This document shows, one piece after another, positions 22,607 through 36,800 of a stretch of 57,924 nucleotides of DNA. The notes under the pieces were generated by a model that was not told the DNA's origin, made no database searches, and saw only the letters and a program-made list of their open reading frames with translations. Within the stretch, counting starts at the first letter, position 1. Every line of letters begins with the position of its first letter. The translations under genes were made by a program, and so were the position numbers. The DNA is from Phoronis australis (taxonomy: Eukaryota > Animalia > Phoronida): NCBI GenBank assembly GCA_002633005.1, contig NMRA01001089.1, positions 1 to 57,924 on the forward strand, given 5' to 3'.

Positions 22607-25600
22607 ATGCACTGTTATTGCTAAGATGATTTAAGTCATTATGTACAAAACTAATTGTTTTAGACAAGATAGTGTTAGTTCACATGCTTATGTGCAAAGC
22701 TTAACATGGTAAAGATATTTAGTTTGTTTTCAAAAAATATAATGTAAGCAAGTGGCAGGATTACTGCGCTATTTTTACATGTGGTTGTATGGATGTATTT
22801 GAAACCTGTAAGTTTTTGTTTCATCACCTATTAGTAATTTGATGTCCAGTAGTAAGTGCCTGACATTGAGTTCTTAGCTGTCAATCACGTTACAAATTAG
22901 TGATGTGGGCTTCGTTTTGAAAATCCATTCTATTCGCTAATAATTAGATTTTAATCTCTCAGTTGTTTGAGAATTGAAATGTATTTGCATTGCATTACTG
23001 TTAATAGATTCTTGATGATTTTGACTTTGCTGTTTACCTCACTGTCAGTAATGCTGATGATGTAGCAATAGGTTTAGATTATAGAGTGAACGACTTCTGG
23101 TGGATATTGATTTGAAAACCAAATGACAAAGACGAATCATTCTGTGAAAGATAGATTTTGAAGTAAATACGTAGCATGGAAACTAAAAATGTTTTTACAA
23201 AAAGCAGTTGTTGGTCTTCAAAGATGTTGTCTTACTTGTTTTCACAGATTTAGAAGATAATGAGATTGAGTAATTTGTGAGATATCACTAGAATAGGAAC
23301 ACTTTGTAATTTGCAATCCTGTTAGTATTATTTTTCACTGTTTTTGTCACAAAATGTGTTATTTTTTTGCCATTCAACTTTCACAGCTATTTTGTGTGTG
23401 ATCCATTTTTGAACTCCAAAAATTAATGTCATAATTCTGTGTTGATTTTTGTTTACTTTTAAAACATGTTTTCTATTAAAGGATCTTCATCTGAGAAGCA
23501 AGTTTTGACAAAATACTTTCTGTAAAAATTCTTTTGATGAAGTCTGTAACCGAACTTCTGCGAAGAGATTATCTTTCCCGTCACTGCAAAGAATATTGTC
23601 AATGTAATTGTTTTGGTAGCTATGGCATTCCTTGCCAAATAATCAACATATTTATTCAGACTGAATGTCCCTGATGCCATCATCAGAACCACTGATGAAT
23701 TCTTTAACCTGGACTAGTTTGCAAAAGTGGACTGTTTTTGCATTTGGAAACTGTTGTCATTCGAGAGCATTACATTTGTAATAAGTTATAAGACTTGACC
23801 TGATTGTTATTCCTTGTGTCATTGTTCTTAGGGAGCAAAATCAATCTGCAAAACTACGGAAAGTTGGAACTGGTTTTGCTAACGTTAAAGGGCCAATTGC
23901 AGACAAAAGTAATTTCCATTCATTGTTTGGCATTCTTTCAAAAAATTCTAAAGCTGTTACGAATGTCCACAATCATTTTCTCAAAACTTTGTTATAGAGC
24001 TTAGAAGTGGTGAAGGGTGATGTATGCATGCTTTTAAGGAAAGAATTAGAAATAAAATTTGTCTTCAGTTGTAGCAGTGTTGTGTTCTAAATTGGTGAGA
24101 TTTTACTGTATTCTATAATTTTCCATTTATTTTTAGCACGCTGGTATCAGGCTTATAAATAATGACTCCTGTTTGTTTGTAAGGTGGGAAAGGCATAAAA
24201 AATACACTAGCATTGGAATTGGTTATTTTCAGTTTTTTACCCTTTGACCTCAGTAAAAATACAATGGAAACTTGATGTGCTGTGTCCAAATTTTCCCCTT
24301 GGTTACCATTCTTGATCCACATAACAGAATTTTCCTTTGTAATAAAGTATGGCAATATTTTGTTAGTGAGGGAGGGGCCAGATACTGTTTGTTTGCCCTT
24401 TAAGGGCACCACAATTCGCTTCCACTGGCTATGTCTTGTACCTAGCATTTTGTTGTTTGGTAGGTCAGTTCCACAAAAACAGGGAAATTATCAATTTTTA
24501 TTCAAAAACATCTCAAGAATTCCGCTAAAATCTCACCATTAAATTATGCCACAATTATTATGGAATTTTTTCACAAAACATATCATACATGTAGCTACCA
24601 TCAGATGATTATTCCGAAAAATTGAGGGTATACACAACTATGCTAAAAACCTTTTATAATGTCCTGTTTTATCAATTATTTCCGAAATTGGCGATATTTT
24701 ACCGTAATTTACGAAGTGGCGTAGGCCTAGCCTAAACAAGTTGGTGTTTCATAAACACAGCTTCTATTTTCAACTTGTTCAATTTTCATGTTACTGTCCT
24801 GACATTAAGTGCCAGTTTATTACTAAACCCATTAACTTTATGTAAAAAGTCTATTATGCATCATTCGAAAACTGCTGAGCGACCAAGCCCAAAGGCTCCG
24901 ACTGCATTGTCTGCAACTATTAAAACTAAATCGAACAAACTTGAATTGATCGCGCATAATGTATACATGAAAGGCACTTTTGTATCAACCGTTTATTTTA
25001 CGTGGCAACCCGTTCTGCGCTGATTGTTAAGTAAAATAGAGTCATTTTGCTTAGGACAAAAGATTTTGTTACGTACTCGGCAAAATGGGACAAGTTGTAT
25101 TGAAGTTAAACAACTAAAAATACGTGATAATGGGTGCGCTGGTGTTTTCTTATCGCTACATCGGTCCTTGTGTGGCACCGTCAGCCTCTTGTGGTGGCAG
25201 CAACGAGGAGTTCATCATCGGCGCACTCAGCTAAAGTCTGACGTTGACGGAGGTCCTGCTGGCTTTTTACCTAATTGATAGCTTATTATCGATTTGGGTA
25301 ATAGACCTGCGCTTCCGTAATTAACGTCGTATCCGTTTGCCGCACCAGGAATTGACGGATTCATCGTTGTATCAAATGGTGATACCAGCAAACCGATAAG
25401 TTCTTTCCAAGGTAGGATTTAGCCGGCAGGTGGACAGATATCATCTGATATTTTTACTCGACTGCCGTTTTTGTTTCTACGCTTCGTGAATTCTTCAAAG
25501 AATGTTTACCTTGAGCACATCGCCATTGTGAACTAGTACCAAAACGACGCTGGATTTACAATGACTTGGAAGATCGTTGGTTGTGTTATCTGAATAGTAT

Positions 25601-25818
25601 TGAGTCGGCGACATTTCATCCTTCATTCAGAACGGCACAACCTTAAAGTCTAGACCGGGAAACTACAATATTTCCTCGTTCTTTTTTGATTGAATTGAGA
25701 TGTGAATGGATTAGTTTCAACATAGCAGAGTACCAGCCAAGACTATAATTGTTATTTGCCTTTTAAGTGAAGAATACCTAACTCCTGGATATTTACAAGA
25801 AACCCGATTTCCTCTTTG

Positions 25819-26246
25819 TGTAAGTGTTACCGTTTGTGCAGGCAATTAAAGCGCCACTATGTTCAGTAACTCGAAAAACAAACCTCTCGACAGAAGGACT
25901 AATTTTATGTACGGGAAGGCCCTCAGTTATGTGGATAGCGTTACAAGGCACGGGCTGTTCCGAGAGCGAACAAACATCAAGCTGGACAGAACGGATGGCG
26001 CGGCAGATCTTACAGCTAGAGGTAACACCAGGGAGGCATTCTTGGCCCTAAGGTTCCCCTTGCTAGGTCCCAACAGGAATGATGCCGACACATACCACAG
26101 GCAAAAAAGGAAGAACAGGAAATCCAAAAGGTATGATTAGATACACCGGTGATTCTGGGTTACACGGGGGTCCTAGGATACACGATTCTCTGAGCCGCTC
26201 TGATATCGTGTCTTTGTATTTATTGAAATAAAAGTGACTCCTTACA
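25819..26246 (+). mobile_element. Probable solo LTR
   Basis: A 428-bp GC-richer block bounded by the inverted ends TGTAAG...CTTACA, with AATAAA about 15 nt before the 3' end. No clear TSD. Confidence 0.5.
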
Positions 26247-27688
26247 CTGACTGTATTTTTAGCGTGATTTATTTTCTTCTTGATTTGTGATTGGTGCGTC
26301 TAAAAATGCTACGAGCCTGGGTGTCTTGAATTTTGTCAAAAAAATAACTTTTAGACAGTGAACCGTTTGGTCTAAGCGTGTTCCTCGTTCAGAAAATGAG
26401 TGATTTTTGGACTCTGGTAGACATGGCAGTCCATTGTAGTTGGAGGTCAGGCTAATAAGCCGTAGTACCTTGACCCGGCGGGTCATTTTTATGCACTTAG
26501 TATGGCTGCCAGCGACTACAAACTGTCGGTTTTTACCAAATCCTGTCACTTCATATCTAAATGAGGAACAAGTTGAAATTAATCCGTAGACCGTTTCTTG
26601 TCTGATGCATAGGAGCATGAAAGTGAGATCATTTTTAAAACAAAGAGTCAAAAGTTTTGCAGAGGGTGGGTCCATAGCAGATTAAACAGACATTATCGTC
26701 GAGAGAAGTGTTCTTTTGAAATCAGCCTCGGGATGATTCCGCTGTGTTTGTCCTCTCTGTTAAGCGCAAACATACTGCTGCCAAATTCAGCTTCATGAAG
26801 CTCTTCCGAGAGGAAGGTTCTGTTCTTCACTATAAGGGGATTAAAAATTTTAGAGTTGACAAGACCAACAAATTGAATGGATGCTCGATTACTCGATATT
26901 TTTTTCTTGTTACGGAGGGGATAAGTAGCACCCTAATACTCTGCTGAGCATCGTACTGGCTAGGTGGAATAGGTATAACATTAATTCCAGTTTAGTGACT
27001 CACTGTTGCCAACTGGTTTCATTGTTTTCCTGTTTGTAATTACAAAGAATGAACAAAACCAATACATTATTAATTGAATCATTCCTGAATAATGCATTAT
27101 GTTTGAAAGGAAAAGTTTGATGGTCTATAGCATTAAAATCAATAAAAATGTTAATAGTTTTCTATTAAAAAACTGTTTTAAGTGTTTTTAAACACAAAAG
27201 GTAAATTCCTAACAGTACGCATAGAAAGACAATAACATTCCACGAGTCGAGTAAAGCATACTTTGAAAAATGGGGTGAACCGGAAAATCACTCAAATGGT
27301 TCGTGTATACAAGCATGCGACTTATTCCAGATCTTTAAATATAGGCGTAGCTTTAAATATAGGCGTATGGGCCCAAAAACGCATTTTGTGGATTGGTTTT
27401 AGATTGGGTAGACTTTCTTAAAATGATCAGCTATCAGCAATAGAATCCGTTTTATCGTGACTTCGTTACAAATCGCCAATTGCTCTTCGATATCTGCCTG
27501 ACATTCCCTGAAATCAAGATTGGTGACCAGTTAAATACGCTTAAAACATTTTCGTACAAGTTAGTCTTTGAAAAATGTTATTTCTAGTTTGGGTGCATGG
27601 GCGGCAAGGGTGTCCGTTCATCATGACAATTAGTTATCATCTATACTGCTATAATTTTCAATATTCATCCGACACGAAAATACTAGTT

Positions 27689-27830
27689 CATGGGCGGCGC
27701 ACCATAGGGGGCTGGGGGGGNNNGGGGGGGGGGGGGGGGGGGGGGGGGGGGGCTGTAGCCCCCCTCACTTTTTCCAGTGCTACAGGGCCCATGGTCTGTA
27801 GGCGGTGCACCACATGGTGCGCCGCTCATG
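27689..27830. mobile_element. MITE with 16-bp TIR, poly-G core and 5-bp TSD (hAT-like)
   Basis: CATGGGCGGCGCACCA ... TGGTGCGCCGCTCATG, flanked by TAGTT on both sides. Confidence 0.8.
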
Positions 27831-27980
27831 TAGTTGTTATACAAAAAATTGCAATCAGATACTAAGTTTCCAATTATTGTGATTTTGTTTTCGTGTTTTG
27901 TGTCACGATGTTTTTTATCTGACGTGCCTGTAGGATAATCGTCACCTCAATCTTGCAGAACACGATCTCCTGTTGAAGAC

Positions 27981-29345
27981 ATGTTTGACATTCGGAAGTC
28001 TCATGCACATAAGTCGCCGCCATTAGATCACACTGGATTCTTGCCGGCAATAGAGACCAGCCAAGGCAGACGCATTGCTCAATCGTGGGATACCAAGTCT
28101 GTAACCAATGTTCGGCCAAACCTTAATAAAACAAGTATACAGTATCAATCGCTTCCTGATATCCGTAATCTCCGTCAGCCGTCCAAGAGTAAACACAGGG
28201 AAGTGCCATCTAACGGTCGTGTTATTTTCCCGTCGTTACATGGTTACCATCCACGAAGCAACTCGCCCACTTATAAGCAATTGGTCCGAGTGAAGGAGCG
28301 TTTGTGTGCCACTGTTGACAACTGGGTTAAAGAATTTTACCACGTCCTCTCTGTTGATTCAAATGTGACACCTGATGAGTTCTATAGAAAATTTATTTGC
28401 AATAACGACGGAGCAGATGAGGATGAAGGGGAAGAAGAGTTGTCTAAAACAGAGACGAAAGATGGCGCGTCTCAGGATTTCATTCCTTTGGTCGCTGTGA
28501 GACCTAAGCTGGAGTTTTGGGTCGAGATGGACGAATTTGAGAGAAGATTGCGAGCATCAGACGTGAGTGAAGGGACCGAACAGGAAACATTCACTAACCA
28601 GCCTTCCGTCTACAGTTTGTGGTTGGCGTCTGAAGTTGTCGACGACGGGCATCGGTCGTTGAGGAGTCCAGAAGGTAACCTTATGACTGAGCGGACGACT
28701 GAGAGCTTGCACCTAGTCAAGAAAGCGTCCAAGTCCAACGTTGCGGGCTGGGGGAAGGAGGCGGACGATCACCAAGAATTAGAAGATCTAAAAACTAAAA
28801 TGGAGCGGTCCTTGAAGAACGATAAAATATCGAGGGCTCCTGGAATTGAGCATGGTGATGGCGCTCGCGAGCTCACGGTCCACGAGTTAAGCAGACAATC
28901 AACGAAAGTGAAATTGGCAGTAACTGAGGACATATCAGCCAATCTGGACGCAGTCATGGCACGAATAGACAATTTAGATAAACAGATTGATGTGGATAGT
29001 GTTGGTACTGCTCTAGAAAATATTGGCGGGAAACCTAAGACGACGCGATTCACCAATAGAGCGAGCAACAAAATATCAGCTGAAGAGGAGAAAAAGAGAA
29101 AACGTTTGCAAGCTGTGAGGGAAAAGATTCAGAAATCTCGCCCGATGAATGTCGGAGCGTTAATGTACGAGAAACACAAAGCACAGGCGGTTCATCGTCT
29201 GGCAAGGTTAGGGAACTTGACCTCGGAAGAAGCAAACGACCTGTTCTTGACGCGCGATCACAAAGTGCTGAGTCAAAAATTTATTGAAAGGTACAACGAG
29301 GTAGCTTATGGGTCGGATAGCTCAGATGACGAAGTTGATGAATGA
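27981..29345 (+). CDS. Uncharacterised 454-aa protein, single coding exon (acidic patches, predicted coiled coil, basic NLS-like EEKKRKRL)
   Basis: A 1365-nt open frame in AT-rich DNA with higher GC than its flanks. A branch point/acceptor (ctgac...tgtAG) ends at 27933, followed by an in-frame TAA, so the ATG at 27981 is the start. No domain recognised. Confidence 0.85.
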   Translation: MFDIRKSHAHKSPPLDHTGFLPAIETSQGRRIAQSWDTKSVTNVRPNLNKTSIQYQSLPDIRNLRQPSKSKHREVPSNGRVIFPSLHGYHPRSNSPTYKQLVRVKERLCATVDNWVKEFYHVLSVDSNVTPDEFYRKFICNNDGADEDEGEEELSKTETKDGASQDFIPLVAVRPKLEFWVEMDEFERRLRASDVSEGTEQETFTNQPSVYSLWLASEVVDDGHRSLRSPEGNLMTERTTESLHLVKKASKSNVAGWGKEADDHQELEDLKTKMERSLKNDKISRAPGIEHGDGARELTVHELSRQSTKVKLAVTEDISANLDAVMARIDNLDKQIDVDSVGTALENIGGKPKTTRFTNRASNKISAEEEKKRKRLQAVREKIQKSRPMNVGALMYEKHKAQAVHRLARLGNLTSEEANDLFLTRDHKVLSQKFIERYNEVAYGSDSSDDEVDE

Positions 29346-30805
29346 ATCGTTCAGAAGTTGGTGCAAGATATCCTAAACGAAGGATGACTTGTTATATCGA
29401 CATTTACGTCGTGAGAAAAGTATTAGCGAAGTTTTCTGGTTTAAAAGGGTATTGTGTTCCTTCCTGTTAAGAACTGTCTGACAGGTCGCTCCTGGAGCTC
29501 AGAAATCTACTAAACCACCACTTCAATGCAAATTATAGTTGGCGTTGTACTTTGTGTGCCCTGAAGATGTCTCGTGGGATTATCCGAAACGTTATACGTG
29601 TATATGGTTGATATTTATACAACTTTAATATAAACGTGTTGCTAATTATTATTTTGTATTAATTTACCTAAAAAAATGTTTGCGTGTTGGGGAAACTTAC
29701 AGAAGCTCGGACAAGAAACACGAGTTTTTGAAAGAACAGTTCAAGTATGTTGATAAGATAAACATATCACAGCTTATAGACCTAAAAGTATTGCTAAAAT
29801 TCATTTCATACCAAAAGGATGAATTCGCTAACAACATGAAACAACAGGATATTTCCTGAAATAAACAACATGTGTTGGAGATTTGCAAATGTTGCGTATC
29901 GCCAACGCACAAGTTCAAGAAATAGAGAATGTCACTATTTATCGATCGTCGCAAATTGTGGATAACAAGAATATCAAATAACTAATCTGATACGTCAACT
30001 TCACCACAACTGTTAAAATTTTATTGAGCTGGAAAAACGCCTTTCATGTTGTTTGTGTTGTCTGTAGTTTGTGCGCGTGCATCAATTCAGTAAACACCTA
30101 AACCAGTCTGTTTATGCGTTTTTCGAACATCAGGTGTTATTGGACCTCAAGTTCTCAAATGTTTGACTTTAGTCGAATATTGACTTAAGTAAGGTCAAGA
30201 CTTAAAACTCTTCTTCTTGTCCATGGTTATACTGTGGTCGGAATAGAGCTCATTTGCTTATAAATAAATCACTTTATTTTGATTCAGTTGAAGTTGGATC
30301 AGTTGACCCACTGACCAAGCGCCCAAAATGTTTACGCCCAACACACAGTCTCAAACGAGATACCCGGGTAGAGCTCAACAGATGTCTGGCAGTGAGAAAA
30401 ATCTAGCCAAAACCACGTGCTCTCGATGAAAATACACGGCAATATTTTGCGTACTATCGCGAAGTCTTGCTTTTTGGCGAGGTCCTGGCGTACACTCTTT
30501 CACAGTGCCAGGAAGGTGCAACTTTTCAGTATAGGTGGCGCTGTGTCAGAGGTTAATAGGTCCTGGCTTTACAGAACTCTACCGTGGTATCACAAATGGG
30601 ACACTGCCGTACGCCACCCTTGGTTTAGGCTGACCGATCGTAAGAAACAATGATCATTATCTATATACATATTTTGCATAACCTGTTCCTAACCGCAGTA
30701 ACAGGCCTGCTCAATCGCTTCTCAAGTAAATACGTAGACAACAAAACAAGGTTTTCACAGAAAAATCACTTGCGCTTTTTTCTACTTCAGATGATTCCCT
30801 AACCG

Positions 30806-33800
30806 TTAAGGCACGTAGTTAGTAGCGCTCGAAGAGGTCACGTCATAAGACCCAGTCCCGTATAGTTGAGCATACGATGGTGGCGCAGATAATGGCGCCA
30901 AGTGGTCTCTCGGCAAGGTATAGATCGGTCCTGTCACGGGCCCAGGCACTGGCTGCCTGTTCTCGTCATTGGTTGTGGCGTTTGTTTGTGCTGATGGTGT
31001 CGATTTGTTATTGTTTTCTGTCGGTTGCCGCGATTGGTTGTTTGCAGAGCGTTCGTTGTGCAACTGATACCACGGTGTTTGTTGAGAATATGCTGGGTTA
31101 TAATATCGACTGTTGTTATTGGGGTTGGTGGTCTGGGAAGCTGATTGGTACTGTTGACCTATAAAGCCGGCATTCTGTTGCCCATTGGCGCTTCTGGCTC
31201 CTGCGGGGTTCGTCCGGGCCCTCTTTTTATACCTTATACACGAGATCGTGATGATAAATATCATGACGCCAATGCCAATTCCTCCTCCAACAAAACCTGG
31301 AAGGAAAACAATTACATTAGATGGTTGAATAGCTCACTTGGCATCGTGTTTACTTTTTACACAAAATGACGTTTTTCAGTGCCGTCATGGAAAATTTTTT
31401 TTTTTCGTAGTAAAGTATTGTAGTCACTCATGTGCCTACTGAGACCAATCGAACAGTGGCGTGGCAAATTTAAATTCCTTTTCTCAAGCCCGGCGGGCTA
31501 CCTCAGAGGTCCTTCTTTTTGTCTTGCTGAACTGATTCGTGAAGACAAAATACGCCACAGCGGCTCCATATTATACAGGTGTTGCATGGTAGTGCTGTGG
31601 AAACGAGTACGCTGAAAGAGACGAGCTCACCTCCGGTATTGAAATAGGAATTACTTCCGCGTGTAGGTGAAGGACCCATTTTCACTGTGACGGGTGCATT
31701 TGTGGCTCCACTGTAATCGGTTGTGTACCAGGAAAGTGAGAACCCTTTCTTTTTCACGGCAACGTCACTCGTGAACACTATCTCTATCTGGTTACTGTAA
31801 GTGCTCACAGAGGACGCGGATTGATAGTAGTACTGTCCTGTCCACGTCTTCACCATTGTTGGTGTGGCAAATCTTGTGTCATAAATCTAGAGCACAAAAG
31901 GCAATCTTTTAAATTGAGGGTTTAGGAAACCATTATTCAAGTAATAGTATACGTGAATCAGTGGGGGATTTGGGGCGGACATGCCCCCAATTCTCCCAGA
32001 TTCCACTTGGCAGTTCGCGGGCTGACTTTGCGAATGTCTGACGGGCAATATCTTGGCTCTATACNCACGACTTGTGCGACACTGGCGTGACTGCTGGTGC
32101 ATTCTACAAAAAGCCCGACGCCCCGAAGTCGTGCACAGGCCCTGAATAGGCCTGCAATGATCACAGTTGTCAAATAATTGGCCGGCAGAGGGCAATTGTT
32201 ACCATATTCCAAATTTTAGGAACTTAAATTCCTGTACTATATCGAACACGGTTGGGATTACATGTATGTATTTTCACCGACATGTGCATGGTTTTGACTA
32301 AGTTCATAAAACTTGAAATTATGCCAAAAGCGCATTCTATACATTCACTTGCAGTTTCGCATACTGTGTAGCCGCAGCCTATGCAAATGCGGGACTAGCC
32401 GCTTACGTCATTCCCAGGAAAAGAATAAGATGAATCCCTGATCACGGGTGAGAAACAACATGACCGCCGGTCCTCTTAAACCGGACCGACTCGCCCAAAA
32501 CAGAACCTCCGGGTCATGTTTTTAGGTGCGTCAGTCCCATTTTCTGGTGCGACGGTCCCATTTGATCCCCGGAGGTCCTGTTTTGGGTGAGTCAGTCCGA
32601 TTTAGAGGGCCGGCGGTCATGTTGTTTCTCATCCGTGCAGATGTCTATACATAAAGCATTAACGAACAAACGCACTTTTGACATGTTGTGTTCACCATCA
32701 TCTAGCACTGAAGAGACAAATCTACCACCTCAGAGCAGAAAAATCAATCATTTTATCGATGGTGTTGATTTAGCTGGTCTAGGTTTAATCTGTCTTGGTG
32801 TTTCAAAATTATAATTGTATTATTCAGTGAGGCTTACATATTGTTTCCTAATGCAAAAATTTGATAGTGCGATTTCGGTAAGGAATCCTTGCGCGTTGAA
32901 CAAATGTGTTGCGTTAGATCACAGTCGTTCGTACCTTCAATTTATCACAGCAACTCTCCACATCCAGGTCCGACAGTACGAGTGTCAAGTAACGATTTGT
33001 GCTCACTGATATATACCACTTGATGTTTGCGTTGTTGGGATATTTAACCGTGGGATAACCTGGACTTGAAATGCTCCCAGTCTCGGAAGTGAAATAGTTT
33101 GCACCTGAAAGGAAACCACCAACATTCTAAATCCATGAGGCGCGCAAAGGGCCATTCTAGCTGTTTTGAACTGCTGATTCCAACTATGGTGGACAGTGAC
33201 AGTAGTTGCCTTCCGTCAAAAAAACCAACTTCTGATTTAGACCACTTACCGTCAGAAATGGTCTCGGATTCTTCCTTAATCATGTTAGATGCGAATTCTG
33301 TGTTTAAAAAATGGAAATTCGCTTAGTTGACTTTGCCAGTCTGGTGATTTTGGCTTCACATGCGGACTTAAGCAACAAAGAACTGCCGCCATAAATATAT
33401 TAGCATAAAATCGGATGCCAGATTTTCACCTGAGTTCTTTCACCCTCCATCTGAATCCGCTAATTAAAATGCTCACTACAACCAGTGATCGTAACGCGAC
33501 ACGTTTTGTGCATGTGGCTGACCCGCTGCGTAATTCTGTCCATTCTGTGAAAAATCATAGTATGCTCGTAATAGAACTAGCGTTGTTGAACTTCAAAAAT
33601 CTCACACTCTCTCCACACAGGACAACATTGGCTCACGTCGTAACAGCGATTTAAAGTTACATCCTCGTTAGTAATTTTTTTCATTTTCCTTACTTGATGA
33701 GCCGCTCACTGTCGTCACAGCGTGAGTCAGCGAACCGCATTGCCCTATGACCACATTGTCGATGGCGTAGTCTCCTCTGTAGCCTGAACCCACCGTACCC

Positions 33801-36800
33801 TTGAAGGCAACCTAAAAAATAATGATCATCAAACCTGCTCTTTCTATCAAAAAACATTTGATTTTGGCCTTGCCCTTATAAATCAATCTCTTCTTGTTCG
33901 TTACTAAGATTTGAAATAATTTTTTGAGCTTAAAAAGACTGGATGACATCTTGTTATTGCTGTAAAACTGTCTCATGAACTTTGGTTGTCACGGCGGTTT
34001 AGTTCTTAGCCGCTGAAGCTGTGTGGTTACCATTCAAAGGTCGTGCCAAACTTTATTCAAAGCAAAGTGCTAGAAGACGATGATGTTGTCCGGAAGTGCA
34101 AATACGCTTGTGAAATCAGTTGGCGCTTTTAATACCAATTCTTGGTTTGTAGCGGCTGGAAATTCTTTTCTTTTCATTCCAGGGGAAAAGTTGGATGCTG
34201 ACCAAATGAGCCAAAAGTATTCCTATGTTATGTTTTTCCAACAAAAAATCATTTCTGTTTTTAAAATAAGAATTTTTTTTTCTGCGGGTGCACAAACACA
34301 TGCGTCATTTGTGTCAAACTTGTCAAAAACACAAATACATTAATAGCTTTAATTTTTGTTCTTCATGTTTTGATTGGTATGTCTCATACCTTACTTATTT
34401 TAAACTGGTGGAGACAAAGTGATCAAAAACTTCTCACGCTGTCGATAGTCGCGCATGTGTATGTTCACTGGTATCTCACGCTGTCGATAGTCGCGCATGT
34501 GTATGTTTACTGGTATCTCCATTTCGTTTTCTTTTTACTAACGTTCCACGATTCTTGGGATGCGTCCTGTAACGCAGGACACTTGCGAGACTCTTCCCAA
34601 GCACTCTTGACTTATGGAACAGAAATAGCGCGTGTTTAATCGCATGTTTCTCCTATAATTTAGTACCCCTACTAGTCGAACAATTTTTTGTGTCGGCCAT
34701 TCGGCTAGTTTACTCGAATAAGGTCAAGAAAACACTCCGAGCGCTTTTCAGTATCGTGGTTTCTCGTGCACTTGCGTGATCTCGCCAGTCTCGCAACGGA
34801 ACGCACCCAGGTCAAGAACAGCAACACAAGCAGTAAAGAGTGTGACATGAAATATCAACTACATGCATCGTTGTACAATATTTTTCCAAAGTACTTACTT
34901 GGACAGTGTTTTGATGTGAGATGGTCAAACGTTCGTAACGCCAAGCCTTCGACGATGTACGTGACGCTGTCCATGCCGTGGTCGATAGCGCCCACGTGCC
35001 GCTCTCTTTATACTGAACTGTTAGATATCCCAGTTGTGAGCCGTAGCCATTGTAATAAAACTCGACTTCGATACATCCTGATGACGACTGTAGGGGCTGT
35101 GTCTCCAGTATGGCGATTTCATTGATTGTTTGCTAAAAGAAATGAAACAGTTGCATTTGTTTTAAAGTATGCCGACAGAATTAAGTACGGATAAAAAGGG
35201 TAAAGTTGAACAGAATTACGTAAGTTCATCTCAAATCCAGGCAACAGCTGTTTGGCGCTTTTTTCGTAAAATATTCCGATTTTCTTACTACGTGAATGTG
35301 CTCGCATTTCGTGTTTGTTTTCTGCGAGATAATGATCCCCCACTTCTCCGACTGTTGAACCTCATGACCTTTAGTTACCGCCTTATTCGATTCGCAACCT
35401 CACTTTGCCTTGCACCTGATTTTGTAGTTCAGGCGTACATGTAATGTCGAGAAGTTACACAGTACTTCGTTGTTTGGAAAGTCACGTGAGTTGATACTCG
35501 GGCAGTGAAATTACAAATGTGTTGCCGTTACGGTTTGTACGTATAGCCAAATATCTACAAAACTACAGACTCATTTTCACAAAAGACCTCGCTCTAGTCG
35601 GTTGGCAGTGTTGGCTTACGTAGTAAATGAAGCAGACTTGATATATTTGGCTAATTGCTTAGGGAAATACTGAAACAGCAGTTTTAACGTATCTAATCTT
35701 CTGAAATCTGCAAAGTTCGGGACTTGAAGTGAAACACTTAGACCTCCGTGAGTTATAAAGAGAATAACCAAGCACAAAATGCAGCTAATCTGTACATAAA
35801 GTTTGGTATCTGAAAATTTCTTATGAATTCAATCACCAATTTCTGAGTTACTCTATGTCATTTCTATGACCAATTATGAGCCAGCATAGAAAGGAGTCGT
35901 CTAATTTCTGCTATCGTGGCACTAGATTATAGAGGATCACTTCAGTGAAAGTAAGCTCTGTGAATCGGATTTGTACGTGTTTGTGAATATGTTGAGAATG
36001 AGAAAAGTGCACTAGTTCGGCTGTAGAAACAGTTTTTTCTTCAACGCCGTGGCCCCTAGCTGTTAGTCAGCATTGTTTCACTGAGCAATCTGCTCCGATC
36101 TCACGTAGCCCCCAAACAACCAAGAATTACAAAAAAATCTTTGGATGTCAGCACTTTTGCAGCAATTTTTTAAACCTTTCAGAATCTGTTGGCTTATATT
36201 TAGTATTTGCTAGGAAGCTGAAAACGGTCAATTTTGCGAGGGGTTGTCACCATTTACAGTGTCTTGTTTTCTTTTTGTTGGAAGCGAAGTGGCAAAAATA
36301 TGAGGCAAAGCAAAGCGTGGTCGTGTGCAGCGATTTTGGTGTAATGGCTGATAGGAAGGTTTAGTGAATCAATGCGCTGAGTGGTCTGCCGTCTGATCGC
36401 GGAATGGGTACGCAAGGAAAAATCATTTATGAACGCTTACTTCGTAACAGCACGTATGTAGCACGTTCAAGAAATATGGTTCCAGGCATTTTAACGTACC
36501 CATTACGAAAGTTGTTTCGGTGAAAAAAATGATGTTCACAAGTACTTGCGATAAGCAACTTGCGCAATCCTCAATGCTAACTTGATGCCATAAAATGTTG
36601 AAGTTGGTTAATTAATGAATTTCAAACTGCTGTATTTTCGCGAATATTCTAAAATACTCGGAAAATTTGTCACGTGATCGGAATATTCCAATGGCAGTTT
36701 TCACACATTGGGCATACTAAGCCAAAAAGTTCTCACACATCGACTGTCCGATGGTGCGTATCCATTTCTGCCAAAGACGCTTATTCAGCTGTGTTTTATT

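Noticed and set aside
23459-25615. Putative small spliced minus-strand gene (pieces at ~25510-25615, 24390-24445, 23660-23710)
   Set aside because: Phases are inconsistent, splice sites are weak and in-frame stops occur. It is more likely decayed repeat sequence.
28769-29235. Antisense ORFs over real CDSs (also 9726-10220 and 30877-31369)
   Set aside because: They are shadow frames of the 454-aa, EEP and MAM-CUB coding regions with no independent support.
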